This document shows positions 20,571-31,063 of a stretch of DNA of 64,000 nt, one piece after another (within the stretch, counting starts at the first letter, position 1; each line of letters begins with the position of its first letter). A model generated the notes under the pieces. The model was not told the DNA's origin, made no database searches, and was given only the letters and a program-made list of their open reading frames with translations. Origin of the DNA: Anaerovoracaceae bacterium (GTDB lineage: Bacteria; Bacillota; Clostridia; Peptostreptococcales; Anaerovoracaceae); NCBI GenBank assembly GCA_045115935.1, contig JBGULF010000035.1:9162-73161 (forward strand). Direction: 5' to 3'. A program made the translations under genes and the position numbers.

Positions 20571-21668
20571 TTATACTATCCTATTCGCATAGGTTGCGGC
20601 TTTGGCATCGATCTCAGGCACTTCGAGGATGCTCATCGGATCGTTTGCGGTCTCAACCATGGCGAATTTGCCCGGAAGTATCATCCCTTTGTTGAAATTA
20701 AGGGCACCTATTATCTGCTCAGATACGATATCGCCGCCGCTGTAGCCTGACACGACAAGCGCGTAAATTTTCTTACGGCTGAAATCGTGCGCTCTGTACA
20801 GAGCTGTCAACCTGTTGATGAAGGCTGTAAGGTTGGCGTTGAGAGCATCATTGTAATTTGGACATATCATCACCAGCGCATCAGCTTCCATCAATGCAGG
20901 ATAGACCTGCTCTGTTATTATCCCACCGTAGAAGCATCTGCCCTGTTCGCCGAAATGCAGGCAGTCCTCATATTTGCATCCCCTGCAATCCCTGATCACT
21001 CCCTCGCTTAGAGATATCTCCGTAATCTCGGCTCTGTATTCTATGTTCCTGCGCACCTTGTCCCACAGGAGCAAAGTATTGGAAGTCTTCCTTGAGCTCG
21101 CGTGGACAGCGAGCACCTTAATTCTTTCCGATCCGTTAGACACAGGCGCGCTTTCACTGCCAAAATCTCTTATCCTGTGAACGAGGTCGCGCACCTGCTG
21201 TTCGTAAACCGTTTCCAGATCAACTTTGCGAATACCGGAAAGGACGTGAAAATTCTTAAGGTCTCCGGTAGCCTCGACAAGCGGTCTGCCCGGAAAAGTG
21301 CAGCCCGAAGCATTCGCCGAGAAAGCCAGCCTTCTTGCCAGCGCCTTGGTAAAAAGCTCACTTTGCCCGTCAACCAGTATACCCCCGGACGATCCTTCGA
21401 GGCAGTCGGGATTGGACCTGAAGTACTCGAGCATCCTGTAGTACTCCATGTTGACACCGGCTTCTGTCAGGCTCACGGCAAAGAGTACATGACGGTCTCT
21501 CATACTTGTATATTGCAGCTCTGACGCTTTTTCCACCAGGGTGATATCCGTGCCTTCTCTGTCGAGCTCTTCCAGTATGTCCCCCAGAACATCTTCCATC
21601 CTTCTGTTCCAGCCCTGTATCTCGCAGAGAGGTCTCACTACTATCAATTCTCTCACAGTCCCCGTCAC
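20571..21668 (-). CDS. Two-domain flavoprotein: unassigned N-domain + NADPH-dependent FMN reductase / iron-sulfur flavoprotein-like C-domain
   Basis: 365 aa; the GTG start at 21668 is uncertain. The C-terminal half (IKVLAVHASSRKTSNT ... CRGCKYEDC ... MICPNYNDALNANLTAFINR ... VVSGYSGG) has a flavodoxin-like reductase pattern. Confidence 0.6.
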   Translation of the reverse strand: MTGTVRELIVVRPLCEIQGWNRRMEDVLGDILEELDREGTDITLVEKASELQYTSMRDRHVLFAVSLTEAGVNMEYYRMLEYFRSNPDCLEGSSGGILVDGQSELFTKALARRLAFSANASGCTFPGRPLVEATGDLKNFHVLSGIRKVDLETVYEQQVRDLVHRIRDFGSESAPVSNGSERIKVLAVHASSRKTSNTLLLWDKVRRNIEYRAEITEISLSEGVIRDCRGCKYEDCLHFGEQGRCFYGGIITEQVYPALMEADALVMICPNYNDALNANLTAFINRLTALYRAHDFSRKKIYALVVSGYSGGDIVSEQIIGALNFNKGMILPGKFAMVETANDPMSILEVPEIDAKAATYANRIV

Positions 21669-21673
21669 CCCTT

Positions 21674-22666
21674 TTAGCGTATATCACACAGCGTTGTATA
21701 AGCATTCAGGATGCGCTTGTACAGCGCGTCAGGCAGTGGCACATCCTCATACTCGAAGCCTGACTCTGTCAGTCTGTTTTTCACCCCCATAAAAGCGCCT
21801 CTGGCGCTATCCCCAAGATATACCGATCCGTAGTGCCACTCCCCGCGAAGCGTAAGCAGAATCGGAACGGCTGCGGATGATATGGCCGGAGCGATATACG
21901 GCTTGAATCCAAGCTCCCTCACTTTTAAGTTGGCGCTCGTTGCCAGCTCAGTAAGCCTCAGAGAGGCTTCCTCATCATAGTGTTCGATGCTGTTGGCTAT
22001 AACCAGGTCCTGCCCATGAGGCCCGAAAGCTCTTCCTTCAGTCTCATAAAGACTCATCGGACCTTCCGGCTCTTTGCGTGAATAGTAAAGAGCTCTCATG
22101 TTCATGACTCCGAGCCCGTATCCCTGGATCTGCCAAGGCATGAGCTCCGCCGCATCGAGAAATGCCGCCGCAAGATTATCCACAGGGTCGCTTACCACAG
22201 CTACCATCCCCTTATACTCCGCCTTGCGGGCAAGAGTTGCGTAGTGCTTTATTATCTCCCTGTTGGCATCGAGTTGAGCCATCCTGACATCCTCGACCTG
22301 CTCTGCCGAATCTACGGTCACAGGAGGGACTCCCCTGCTGGCGCAGAACACCAGCACGTCGCAGTCGAACAAAGTCTCTTCATCCAAGATCCTGATTTCC
22401 GGCAGTTTGTGAGTATCAAAAGGATAACCCACCTGGTTGATCTCGATCTCCAGACGCTCGAGGTTTTCCTGCCTTATGTCCATGATTCCGATTTCGGAAA
22501 TGACGTCGGCACCGAGCAGCCTGAGGCCTATGAGCATAGTCGTCCCTACATCTCCGAGCGCGAGTATGTTGACTCTGTTATGCCCCGCAAGTTTGACCGG
22601 GCAGCCGCCGAGTTCGATCACATTTTGTATGCCTGTATCTGCAGGCAATTCGTGCAGAAATCTCAT
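21674..22666 (-). CDS. Divergent lactate/malate dehydrogenase-family oxidoreductase
   Basis: Start trimmed to ATG 22666 (AAGGGAGAA RBS). Rossmann VNILALGDVGTT. The FGPHGQD loop corresponds to the LDH/MDH GEHGD catalytic-His loop. The stop lies 5 nt before the next gene. Confidence 0.6.
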   Translation of the reverse strand: MRFLHELPADTGIQNVIELGGCPVKLAGHNRVNILALGDVGTTMLIGLRLLGADVISEIGIMDIRQENLERLEIEINQVGYPFDTHKLPEIRILDEETLFDCDVLVFCASRGVPPVTVDSAEQVEDVRMAQLDANREIIKHYATLARKAEYKGMVAVVSDPVDNLAAAFLDAAELMPWQIQGYGLGVMNMRALYYSRKEPEGPMSLYETEGRAFGPHGQDLVIANSIEHYDEEASLRLTELATSANLKVRELGFKPYIAPAISSAAVPILLTLRGEWHYGSVYLGDSARGAFMGVKNRLTESGFEYEDVPLPDALYKRILNAYTTLCDIR

Positions 22667-22771
22667 TCCATTTCTCCCTTTTGTTGCTGTTGTTAATGCA
22701 TGCATAGGTTAGAATTTTACTATACCGTATGAATTTGGCCGGTTTATGATCGTATGTATCCGGCCGCTTAA

Positions 22772-25700
22772 TTACTGCTGCTGCTTATGCCTGAACATGA
22801 ACAGCCTCTTCAGCCTTCGCAGTTCATTATCGACATAAACCGAAGGCACGATATGGTCATCATAGTCAAGCCCCTGCCCGAGAAGCGGCATACGCGGATT
22901 AGTAATGACCGCGCCCAACCTCCTCAGTGTGAGCTTTTTCTCGAATGTCTTCTGATACTCCTCTTCGATGACACGAAGTATCGACAAAGCGTTCTCAAGG
23001 CATGTCAGGGAATACCTGTATATGCTGTCGGGATCTCCTCCGCCTACAAAACTGAATCCGGTATACGGAAGTATCAAGTTGACAGAAGCTCCCTCACCCT
23101 CCTCCGACCCGATATCCCCTGACTCGGGCGAAGTATCAGGACTATCTATGCTGTCGCCTCCGATAAAAGGATAGCAGTCTCGCTCGTTCATCCACATGCT
23201 GATCGATGGCAGGAAATACGCGCTTTCTATATCCCTTCCCATCATCTTCATCCTATCGCGCGCTTTGCCCGTAAGAAGTCCGACGATGACCTTGTGGACT
23301 TCTACTTCGTTCTGCCTCAGCACGGATTCTACTTTGCTCATGCGCTGGCCAGAGTGCAACAGGTCGTCTATAAGAATCACCGGACGGGCAAAAGACCTTA
23401 TCGTCCCCGCCTGTTCATCGAGCGTCAGATAATCTCTGGATTCTCTGACATCAAAGCCGTGAAGGTCGTTGCGGAAATACTTCTCAGTGCGTAAAGCCTT
23501 GGTGACTGTGTTAGGAACGACCACGTCAGAAAGGGCTTTGCCGAAAGGCACCGCTATGTAAGGGCCTCTCTTCTTCATCGGATCCGGTTTAACGGATACG
23601 CCATTGGTAGCCGCGACCAGATCGACTATCTTGCTGTATACGGCACTCGTATTAAATGAAAGCAGCAATTTGCCCGGATAGATGCTGCGAAGCACAGCCA
23701 GAAGGTTCTCATGTGCTTTGTCGAAAGCTTTCTGGACCCGTTGGTTCTTGTTGAGCGGAGCCTTGATCACTGTATCGGCATCCCTGAACAGTGCTATAGG
23801 GTTACGCATGTCGACCGCGTATACCGGTTTGTCAGGGTCGGAGGATATGTTGATGAATCCCTGCCTGACCACTGTCGAAATGGCTAACGGATCAACAGCT
23901 GTAACGTCCGCCGGATAGAAAACAGCATACGAATAATCCTTAGCTATGAGTGATGTCAAAAGCTCCGTGAGCAGTATCTGCCTCAGATAAGAGACATTCT
24001 CCCCTCCTGCCACGTAAAAGGCGCCTATGACCGCTATCTCGCCGCCCGCGTTGCTCCGGATGTACGAAGCGATGTCTATATCCCCGAACACATCCATGAG
24101 TTCACTGGTCCTCACGCGTTTTGCCCCTGCGGAGGCTGAAAGTCTGCCGCCAGCTGTCTCAATAGTGACACGCCTTATGTCGGGCCTCGATAGGAATTCA
24201 GCAGTCTGGCTGAGTTCTTCGCTTCTGCTTCCAAATTCTTTCAGGAAGTACTCCATCTCCGCATGCTCGCCTGGCTCGTATGTATGGATATTCAGCTCCC
24301 TCGCCTGCACTTCGTGCTTGTACGCCGGCTCGCGGACATAGAGGCTTTTGCCGTAGATGTAGTTCTGAGCCGAGAGATCTATGAGGTCAGAGATATCGCG
24401 CCCCAAATCGACATTCTCACGAATCTTTGTGGAGCTTATGTCCTCATAGAACTTGTCGAGCGTCAGATTTATCACTTTGCCCGTCACAGGATAAGCAGTG
24501 CCTTCGGCTTCGAGCCTGCGGGCCTCTCTGGCAAAGACAATATGGTTGAATGTGTGTATCGAATTTTCCTCCGGTTCCCGTCTGTATGCCGACGCGTTGA
24601 GCACGACATCGGAACCCACGGCTACATACAGCTCACGATCAGGGAAAAGACTCCTGAGATACCCGAGATCGCGCGGATTCGCTATGTTGACAGGGATGTC
24701 ATCCGGGAAGATGTACAGCCCCTCTTCGTCCGCGATGGACATCTGCAGGATGTTTCTCCTCAGCATGTGAGGTATTGTTTTCTTGGACCATGAGAATTCA
24801 TCGATGGCAAGAAAGACATCGAATCCCATGTCCCTTATGGTCGTCGCGATCGCTTTGTGTCCAAGACTGAACGGGTCGAATGTCCCTGGGAAGAATACTG
24901 CCGGTTTGTCCGGTGCAAAATCAGGGGATCCCTTCTCAGCCCTGTACTCTGTTATGTATCTATATATGTGATTGAGCGAGGCCGCGTTGTTGTAGAAGTC
25001 GATCACGCTTGAAGCCGAAGCATCAGGCATGATGGTGAGGATGCGCTTGAAGCAGTGCGAAGCGATGTTTCTCTTCTCATCGAGTGTCAGCACAGAACTA
25101 CCGAAAATGTGTACTCCGAGTGCGCGTATAGCTTCTCTGGCCACCGTCTCTCTACCGGAAGCGGCTCCCTTCATAATTAGTCCGAGTATCCGGTTCCTTC
25201 TTGTGATATCTGTTCTGTACGAGACGAAATGGGTGTAATTCTCAAGCGCGATGGCGAGGGTATCCAACGCCGCTTCCGCTGCTCTTTCAGTGCCTGAATC
25301 GATCATTTTTCCCATCTCATATATGACTTCGTCGAGTTCCTCCGGATCAAGATACAAGAGTACTATACCCAGATAATCCGGAATCAGTCCTGAGAACTGG
25401 TAGTCGTTCCTCTCAAGCCCGTTGAACAGCTCAAGCATCAGCTCGTTCCGCTTATCCATCGTCATTCTTCCCGCGATATCCAGGAGTGCCCTTCCGGCTT
25501 CCTTCCTGACAGTGACTGTTTCGCTGACCTTGATCAGGTTGGAAAAATGCGTCGCAATCTGCATCAGCCTGCTCTGATCCGCTTTCTCAAGAGCGTTCTG
25601 CTTCATCACCTTAATGTTTGCCATCTTGGTGTTCCAGGTGACATGAAGCTTGAGGTTGTCGAGAAACATTGCAGACATTTGCTCATCCGTAATAATTCCC

Positions 25701-27610
25701 TCCGAAAGATCAAGGATCTTCCTTACCCGCCTGTCGTATTCGTCGCTTGGAATCAAACCGTGATGCTCGAGGACTTCAAGCGCGATAAGATCCACACTTT
25801 TGCTGACTTTTCCTGACACATTTCGGGCAAAATCGTATATACTCTTTCGAAAGCTTGCCGTGCAGATACCAGCATCGGTCACGAGGGCCGTATTCATAAG
25901 TACGATGATTTTTTCCTCGGTTGCGGCGTCATTCATTTTGCTCCCGGCCAGATAGTATTTAGGCATATAGTAGTTTTCCAGGATGTCAAAATATCTGGGT
26001 ATGCATGAAGTCCTGCAGTTACCGGTAACGGCGCGCACGAAAAAATCCGTGCTTGCCGTGATCCACTTCCGGTGAGCCTCTGTATACTTGCGGTCAGGAT
26101 CCAGCATGAGCGCCAGGTATTCCCTGAAAAGTGAAATATTCGTGATGTTATCGTCAGGCGCCGGAATGTCCCCCGGCAGCTCTTTCTTGTACTCTTCGCG
26201 GTATTTCGATACGATATACCCCATCGTGTCTGCGGTCTGCTCGCGAATATCGCTTTCCGGATGCGCCAGATTATCGTACAGATATCTGAGAGCCAGAGCC
26301 TTCTGGCTGTCTGTCATGTAGGTCGAATACTCTCTGAGAATAGTTATGTATGTGCGTACATTCTTCCAGTCAGTCTCGCTCCGGGCAGCCTCTACCAGAC
26401 CTGAGAATAGCTGCTCACTGCCAAACCTGTGCATGACACGTATGTTGTGATCTATCGCCCGGTATTTTATCTGCTCAGTGACGCTGCTCCTGTCGAGCAG
26501 TACGTACTCTCTCCTCACAGGTACCACCGGCTCGGTGCATTCACGAGGATAGCTGTCAGCACAGTCTGCGATATCTGTATGGACTCCGTGTTCGATCATA
26601 TAATCCTCAAAGTCCTTCAGCTTGTTGTATACTCGTGCATATCTGAGCCTTTTTGCTTCATCGACATTGTCCAGCTTGCTGAGAATGACATCAAAAGCTT
26701 CGCGCAGGCTGTAGAAGTGTATTATCTCCCTGCCATTTTTCCTGGTGCTCTTAGTTCTGAAATCCGAGTAGATGAGCAAAAGCGACTCCACGGACAGATC
26801 TTCGAGTTCAAGATCCCATGTCGAATGGTTGGCTGCGATATGCGCAGTCTGTTTCAGCCCGCAGCGCCCGAGACAGTAATCTGTATAGTAATAATGAAGA
26901 TACGGAACACGCCTCTCTTCGTGTTTACGGCATCCGTACTTTCCGATATCGTGCGAAGCCGCCGCAGCGGATATCAGCGCGAGGTCGACCGTGACACCGG
27001 CCTTATATAGTTGCCGGGCTGCGTACATCGCTACATAGTGAACCCCGCTGATGTGCCCAAGAGTGTTGAATGGAGTGATCTCCGCGCCTATGCGCATGAA
27101 TTCATAAATGTAATTCTCTCTGACGAGAGCTTTCATCTTTATGTATTCATTTATAAAACTTTTTTCTCTTATCTCTTCATCGCTGAGCAGTAATATGTCG
27201 AGTATAGGATCAAATTCACAGCATTTACGCTCGTATTCATATACCGCGCGCATAAATTTGAGCAAACTGAGTCTGCCGGCCTCAAACTTTTCCGAATCCT
27301 CAGGAGCCGGAATATGTGGGAAAAGCCTGTTTCTCAGATAATCATATGTATGCGCAAGCCAGCCTCCTTCAGGCTCATCTTCAGCTTCCTTTCCGAAAAC
27401 CTTCGCCGCCGCAGTACTCCAGATCTCGACTATGTCACCCGAATTGATCCTTCCGCGGCTGTCCGCCCGCATCAGAAGATCAGAGGCGGCCTTGCTTATG
27501 ACAAGAGCGGCCTTCTCGACATCATCTCTGCTCAATCCGTTAAAGTTGAGCCGGTTTCCGTCGGAATATGATTTGATGAGTTCGTCTCTTAATATCTCAT
27601 GAGCGGTCAT
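22772..27610 (-). CDS. About 1610-aa multidomain protein: HD phosphohydrolase + long helical region + NadD-like nucleotidyltransferase + unassigned domain + type-I PRTase-like domain
   Basis: ATG 27610 (GGGAGGAG RBS). HD motifs: GHISGVH ... AASHDIGK ... ANHSTW ... IYSDFR. Nucleotidyltransferase motifs: FFPGTFDPFSLGH (HxGH) and ISSTKIR. PRPP-loop-like motif: PVILIDDLLHSGQRM. Confidence 0.75.
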   Translation of the reverse strand: MTAHEILRDELIKSYSDGNRLNFNGLSRDDVEKAALVISKAASDLLMRADSRGRINSGDIVEIWSTAAAKVFGKEAEDEPEGGWLAHTYDYLRNRLFPHIPAPEDSEKFEAGRLSLLKFMRAVYEYERKCCEFDPILDILLLSDEEIREKSFINEYIKMKALVRENYIYEFMRIGAEITPFNTLGHISGVHYVAMYAARQLYKAGVTVDLALISAAAASHDIGKYGCRKHEERRVPYLHYYYTDYCLGRCGLKQTAHIAANHSTWDLELEDLSVESLLLIYSDFRTKSTRKNGREIIHFYSLREAFDVILSKLDNVDEAKRLRYARVYNKLKDFEDYMIEHGVHTDIADCADSYPRECTEPVVPVRREYVLLDRSSVTEQIKYRAIDHNIRVMHRFGSEQLFSGLVEAARSETDWKNVRTYITILREYSTYMTDSQKALALRYLYDNLAHPESDIREQTADTMGYIVSKYREEYKKELPGDIPAPDDNITNISLFREYLALMLDPDRKYTEAHRKWITASTDFFVRAVTGNCRTSCIPRYFDILENYYMPKYYLAGSKMNDAATEEKIIVLMNTALVTDAGICTASFRKSIYDFARNVSGKVSKSVDLIALEVLEHHGLIPSDEYDRRVRKILDLSEGIITDEQMSAMFLDNLKLHVTWNTKMANIKVMKQNALEKADQSRLMQIATHFSNLIKVSETVTVRKEAGRALLDIAGRMTMDKRNELMLELFNGLERNDYQFSGLIPDYLGIVLLYLDPEELDEVIYEMGKMIDSGTERAAEAALDTLAIALENYTHFVSYRTDITRRNRILGLIMKGAASGRETVAREAIRALGVHIFGSSVLTLDEKRNIASHCFKRILTIMPDASASSVIDFYNNAASLNHIYRYITEYRAEKGSPDFAPDKPAVFFPGTFDPFSLGHKAIATTIRDMGFDVFLAIDEFSWSKKTIPHMLRRNILQMSIADEEGLYIFPDDIPVNIANPRDLGYLRSLFPDRELYVAVGSDVVLNASAYRREPEENSIHTFNHIVFAREARRLEAEGTAYPVTGKVINLTLDKFYEDISSTKIRENVDLGRDISDLIDLSAQNYIYGKSLYVREPAYKHEVQARELNIHTYEPGEHAEMEYFLKEFGSRSEELSQTAEFLSRPDIRRVTIETAGGRLSASAGAKRVRTSELMDVFGDIDIASYIRSNAGGEIAVIGAFYVAGGENVSYLRQILLTELLTSLIAKDYSYAVFYPADVTAVDPLAISTVVRQGFINISSDPDKPVYAVDMRNPIALFRDADTVIKAPLNKNQRVQKAFDKAHENLLAVLRSIYPGKLLLSFNTSAVYSKIVDLVAATNGVSVKPDPMKKRGPYIAVPFGKALSDVVVPNTVTKALRTEKYFRNDLHGFDVRESRDYLTLDEQAGTIRSFARPVILIDDLLHSGQRMSKVESVLRQNEVEVHKVIVGLLTGKARDRMKMMGRDIESAYFLPSISMWMNERDCYPFIGGDSIDSPDTSPESGDIGSEEGEGASVNLILPYTGFSFVGGGDPDSIYRYSLTCLENALSILRVIEEEYQKTFEKKLTLRRLGAVITNPRMPLLGQGLDYDDHIVPSVYVDNELRRLKRLFMFRHKQQQ

Positions 27611-27718
27611 CAGTATATCTCCTCCCAATGCACCCTATGTTCAAAATCCCTTATCAGCATTGATCGCTCCTCTGCCACAGCAGCTTATATCGCCTCAGAT
27701 ATCTCTGCCTCATTTCAG

Positions 27719-28933
27719 CTATAAGTCAATTACCGCGGTCTCTCCTGATACCTCTTCGATCAGCGGCTTTATCTTATTCAAATAACGCAAAACTACAGCC
27801 GCATGCATCCCGCCAAGTTTTATAGCCACATCATCATCCGGCAGAAAAGCGCTGCTGTGGAGAGGTTCTTCGCACCCCGCTCCTATATGATAGAAAGTTC
27901 CTGGCGCCTCATTGAGAAAACACCCGAAGTCCTCCGTTGTCATCGTCGGTCCATCGATTCTGCACACGCCTTCATCTCCGAAAAGGTCGGCCGCAGCTTT
28001 TTCAGCCAATGCTGTCATTTCGTCGTTGTTCACGATGCCCGGATGGCTGTGATTATATTCAATTACTACTGTTGTCCCTGTTTTTCCGGCGATTTCACGG
28101 ACAGTTCTGTGAAAAGCTTCCTCCATCGCGGCTCGGGTCTCCGATCCGAGAGTCCGAATTATCCCCTCGAGCTCCGCGAAGCCGGGCATTATGTTTTCTG
28201 CCGTTCCCGAGTTCATTTTGCCTACAGTCAAAACGCATTTGTCGTCTGTGATCTGTCCCGGCAGAGCGAGAAGCGCCGTGACCATTTCAACGGCTGCCGC
28301 CAACGCGTCAATCCCTTTTTCCCGTACAGCTCCGTGAGATGCCCTGCCGTTTACGACGATCCTGAACGTATCAGAAGCGGCGTAGAACTTTCCGTACATG
28401 ACCCCGATCTTCCCTGAGGGAAGATCAGGCGTTACATGCGCGCCGAAGACAGCATCTGCGCCTTCCAGGCAACCTTCTTTTATCATTCTGGCTGCTCCGC
28501 CTCTTCCCTCTTCATCAGGCTCGAACAGGAAAACTACATTTCCCTCGAGTTCATCCCTGTATGCTGAAAGTATCCTTGCCGCCCCGAGCAAAGCTGCTGT
28601 ATGCACATCATGACCGCAGGCGTGCATTTTGCCCGCATAAACAGATGCAAAATCAGCTCCTGTGATCTCAGTCAGAGGCAAAGCGTCCATGTCAGCCCTG
28701 AGAGCAACCGTCCTTCCGCCTGTTTTCCCGCGCAAAGTACCGATCACCGCAGTGCCGAGCACTCTCTTTGTTGTTATATCCAAACTATTCAGATAGCTCT
28801 CAATCAGGTCTGCAGTCCTGAATTCGTTGTTACCGAGCTCGGGATGGCTGTGGATGTCTTCCCTCAGTCGCCTGATTTCATCTGAACTCTCCGTCAGTTC
28901 GTTCCTGATCGTTTCGCAATTAATGGTTTTCAT
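27719..28933 (-). CDS. M20D-family amidohydrolase, by context probable N-acetyl-LL-diaminopimelate deacetylase
   Basis: 404 aa. LHSHPELGNNEF, RADMDALP and HACGHDVH metal-ligand motifs. It is the last gene of the dapF-dapH-aminotransferase cluster. Confidence 0.7.
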   Translation of the reverse strand: MKTINCETIRNELTESSDEIRRLREDIHSHPELGNNEFRTADLIESYLNSLDITTKRVLGTAVIGTLRGKTGGRTVALRADMDALPLTEITGADFASVYAGKMHACGHDVHTAALLGAARILSAYRDELEGNVVFLFEPDEEGRGGAARMIKEGCLEGADAVFGAHVTPDLPSGKIGVMYGKFYAASDTFRIVVNGRASHGAVREKGIDALAAAVEMVTALLALPGQITDDKCVLTVGKMNSGTAENIMPGFAELEGIIRTLGSETRAAMEEAFHRTVREIAGKTGTTVVIEYNHSHPGIVNNDEMTALAEKAAADLFGDEGVCRIDGPTMTTEDFGCFLNEAPGTFYHIGAGCEEPLHSSAFLPDDDVAIKLGGMHAAVVLRYLNKIKPLIEEVSGETAVIDL

Positions 28934-29090
28934 TCGTACATATTGCGCTAGCTGTTGTATAGCACTTACTGTATAGTCACCGGAATATATCCTCCGCTCG
29001 AGTCCTCGCTGCTCTTTCTGTCTACTCGGGTGAGCAGATCACTGCACCTTTGTAGTCATGAAATTGACCAGTTCCTGCGGGAAAATGCAC

Positions 29091-30233
29091 CTACAGGCTG
29101 CTCAGGAATTGTTCCAGCCTGTCCATTCCTTCACTGATCGCTTTCATGCTGCAGCAGTAAGATATCCTCACATGTCTGTCGGAGCCGAAAGCTGCTCCCG
29201 GCGTCACCGCGACTCCTGCCTCATCTAGGAGGTGCCGTGCGAATGTCATCGAATCCATTCTGTACTTGGATATGTCCGGAAAAGCATAAAAAGCTCCCTC
29301 CGGAACCGTCAGCTCCATGCCAGCATCCCTTAGGCGGGAAATCAGATAGTCCCTGCGCGCTTTGTATTCAGTCAACATATATGACGGGTCCGTCTCCAGT
29401 GCGGCCATACATGCCTTCTGGAACATCGCCGGAGTTGATACTATATCGAACTGGTGCACGAGTTCGAGTCTTTCTTTCACGGAATGATCCGCCATAAGAT
29501 AGCCCATACGCCATCCTGTCATCGCGTAGGGTTTGGAAAAGCTCTGAACGACCAGTATCTGCTCTTTCAGGTCGCGGTTTTCCGCAAAGCTGTGATAATC
29601 ATCCGTATAGCAAAGCGCCTTATAGACGTCGTCACATATAACGAATATATCCCGGCCTTTCACCGCTTTATAAACGGCACTCAGGCTTTCCTCTCCGTAC
29701 ACGCACCCTGTCGGATTGTTCGGTGAATTCAGGATCACCGCTTTCGTCCTGTCGGTTATCAGTGATTCGAGCTTATCCCCTTTTATCTGAAACCCATCCG
29801 AAGAGGTGTCCATATGCACCGGAACTCCTCTAGCGAGGCGAACTATTTCCTCATAGAGTACAAATGCCGGGATAGGTATAATGACCTCGTCCCCCGGGTT
29901 CAGGATCCCGAGAAGTGAGACAAAAAGGGCTTCAGTAGCACCGGCTGTTAGTATGATCTCATCAGCCTCATAATCAAGCCCGTTCTTATTCTTCTCGAAT
30001 TGCGCTACTCTGCCGAGGAGTTCTCGAGATCCGTTATTTTCTATGTAATGTGTGTCACCTGAGAAAACTGATTCAAGCGCTGCCTTGCAGATCGGCTCAG
30101 GAGTGGCAAAATCAGGCTCTCCGAGAGTAAGCCTTACGCAGTCTTTCCTTGCAGCAGCCATCGCGGAAAACTCCCTGATAGCGCTCCTCCTCAAACTGTA
30201 AACTGCTTCATTCAAGTGGTCTCTCATTGCCAT
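29091..30233 (-). CDS. Class I/II PLP aminotransferase, by context N-acetyl-LL-diaminopimelate aminotransferase-like
   Basis: 380 aa. NSPNNPTG and SFSKPYAMTGWRMGY (PLP-Lys) motifs. Lies between dapH and the M20 deacetylase. Confidence 0.7.
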   Translation of the reverse strand: MAMRDHLNEAVYSLRRSAIREFSAMAAARKDCVRLTLGEPDFATPEPICKAALESVFSGDTHYIENNGSRELLGRVAQFEKNKNGLDYEADEIILTAGATEALFVSLLGILNPGDEVIIPIPAFVLYEEIVRLARGVPVHMDTSSDGFQIKGDKLESLITDRTKAVILNSPNNPTGCVYGEESLSAVYKAVKGRDIFVICDDVYKALCYTDDYHSFAENRDLKEQILVVQSFSKPYAMTGWRMGYLMADHSVKERLELVHQFDIVSTPAMFQKACMAALETDPSYMLTEYKARRDYLISRLRDAGMELTVPEGAFYAFPDISKYRMDSMTFARHLLDEAGVAVTPGAAFGSDRHVRISYCCSMKAISEGMDRLEQFLSSL

Positions 30234-30248
30234 AGGTTCACCTTTATC

Positions 30249-30941
30249 TCACAGCTTTCTGAGGTCCTGCTCAAGCGCAGTCTTCGTTGACGTCTGTTCA
30301 TCCTTTTCCTTGATGATCCTCGCAGGACAACCGGCAACTACCATATTAGCGGATACATCCTGCGTAACTACTGCGCCGGCCGCCACAACAGCTCCCTTAC
30401 CGATGCGTATGCCTTCGATAATAACTGCATTAGCGCCTACAAGCACATCATCTTCCACAATCACAGGAATAGCTGATGCCGGCTCCACTACTCCTGCCAG
30501 TACAGCTCCCGCCCCGATATGGCAGTTACTCCCGACCTCGGCACGGCCACCTACTACAGCGCCCATGTCTATCATTGTCCCGTCGCCGATAACGGCACCG
30601 ATATTGATTACAGCGCCCATCATAATAACCGCGTTCTCTCCGATCTCTACCTGTTCCCGTATGAACGCGCCCGGCTCTATCCTGGCGTTGAGATTCTTGG
30701 TGTCGAGCAGATGGAGAGCACTGTTTCTGCAGTCATTTTCAATTACGATATCTTCTATCCTGTCAGAATTCGCCTTTACTATTCCGCAAAGCTCTTTCCA
30801 ATCACCGAAAACGATCTTGTCTCCCGCTCCGAAGACTCTGGCGCTTCCGTAATCGACCGGTTCTTTTTCCTTGACGAACATCCTGACAGGCGTTTTCTTC
30901 TCAGCATTGCCGATATACCGTATTATCTCCTGAGCGTCCAT
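30249..30941 (-). CDS. dapH: 2,3,4,5-tetrahydropyridine-2,6-dicarboxylate N-acetyltransferase
   Basis: 230 aa. N-terminal DapH domain (TPVRMFVK...) followed by hexapeptide left-handed beta-helix repeats ([26 protein letters not shown]...). Confidence 0.88.
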   Translation of the reverse strand: MDAQEIIRYIGNAEKKTPVRMFVKEKEPVDYGSARVFGAGDKIVFGDWKELCGIVKANSDRIEDIVIENDCRNSALHLLDTKNLNARIEPGAFIREQVEIGENAVIMMGAVINIGAVIGDGTMIDMGAVVGGRAEVGSNCHIGAGAVLAGVVEPASAIPVIVEDDVLVGANAVIIEGIRIGKGAVVAAGAVVTQDVSANMVVAGCPARIIKEKDEQTSTKTALEQDLRKL

Positions 30942-31063
30942 AACACTTCTCCCCCGGTTCAGTTTTTTAATTCTAAGTGATACTCTTCATTCGCCATCAT
31001 AAGGAATCTCTCCTTCAGACAATCTTTACGAAAACCCCATCCTTGAATGACAAAATGATAAAA

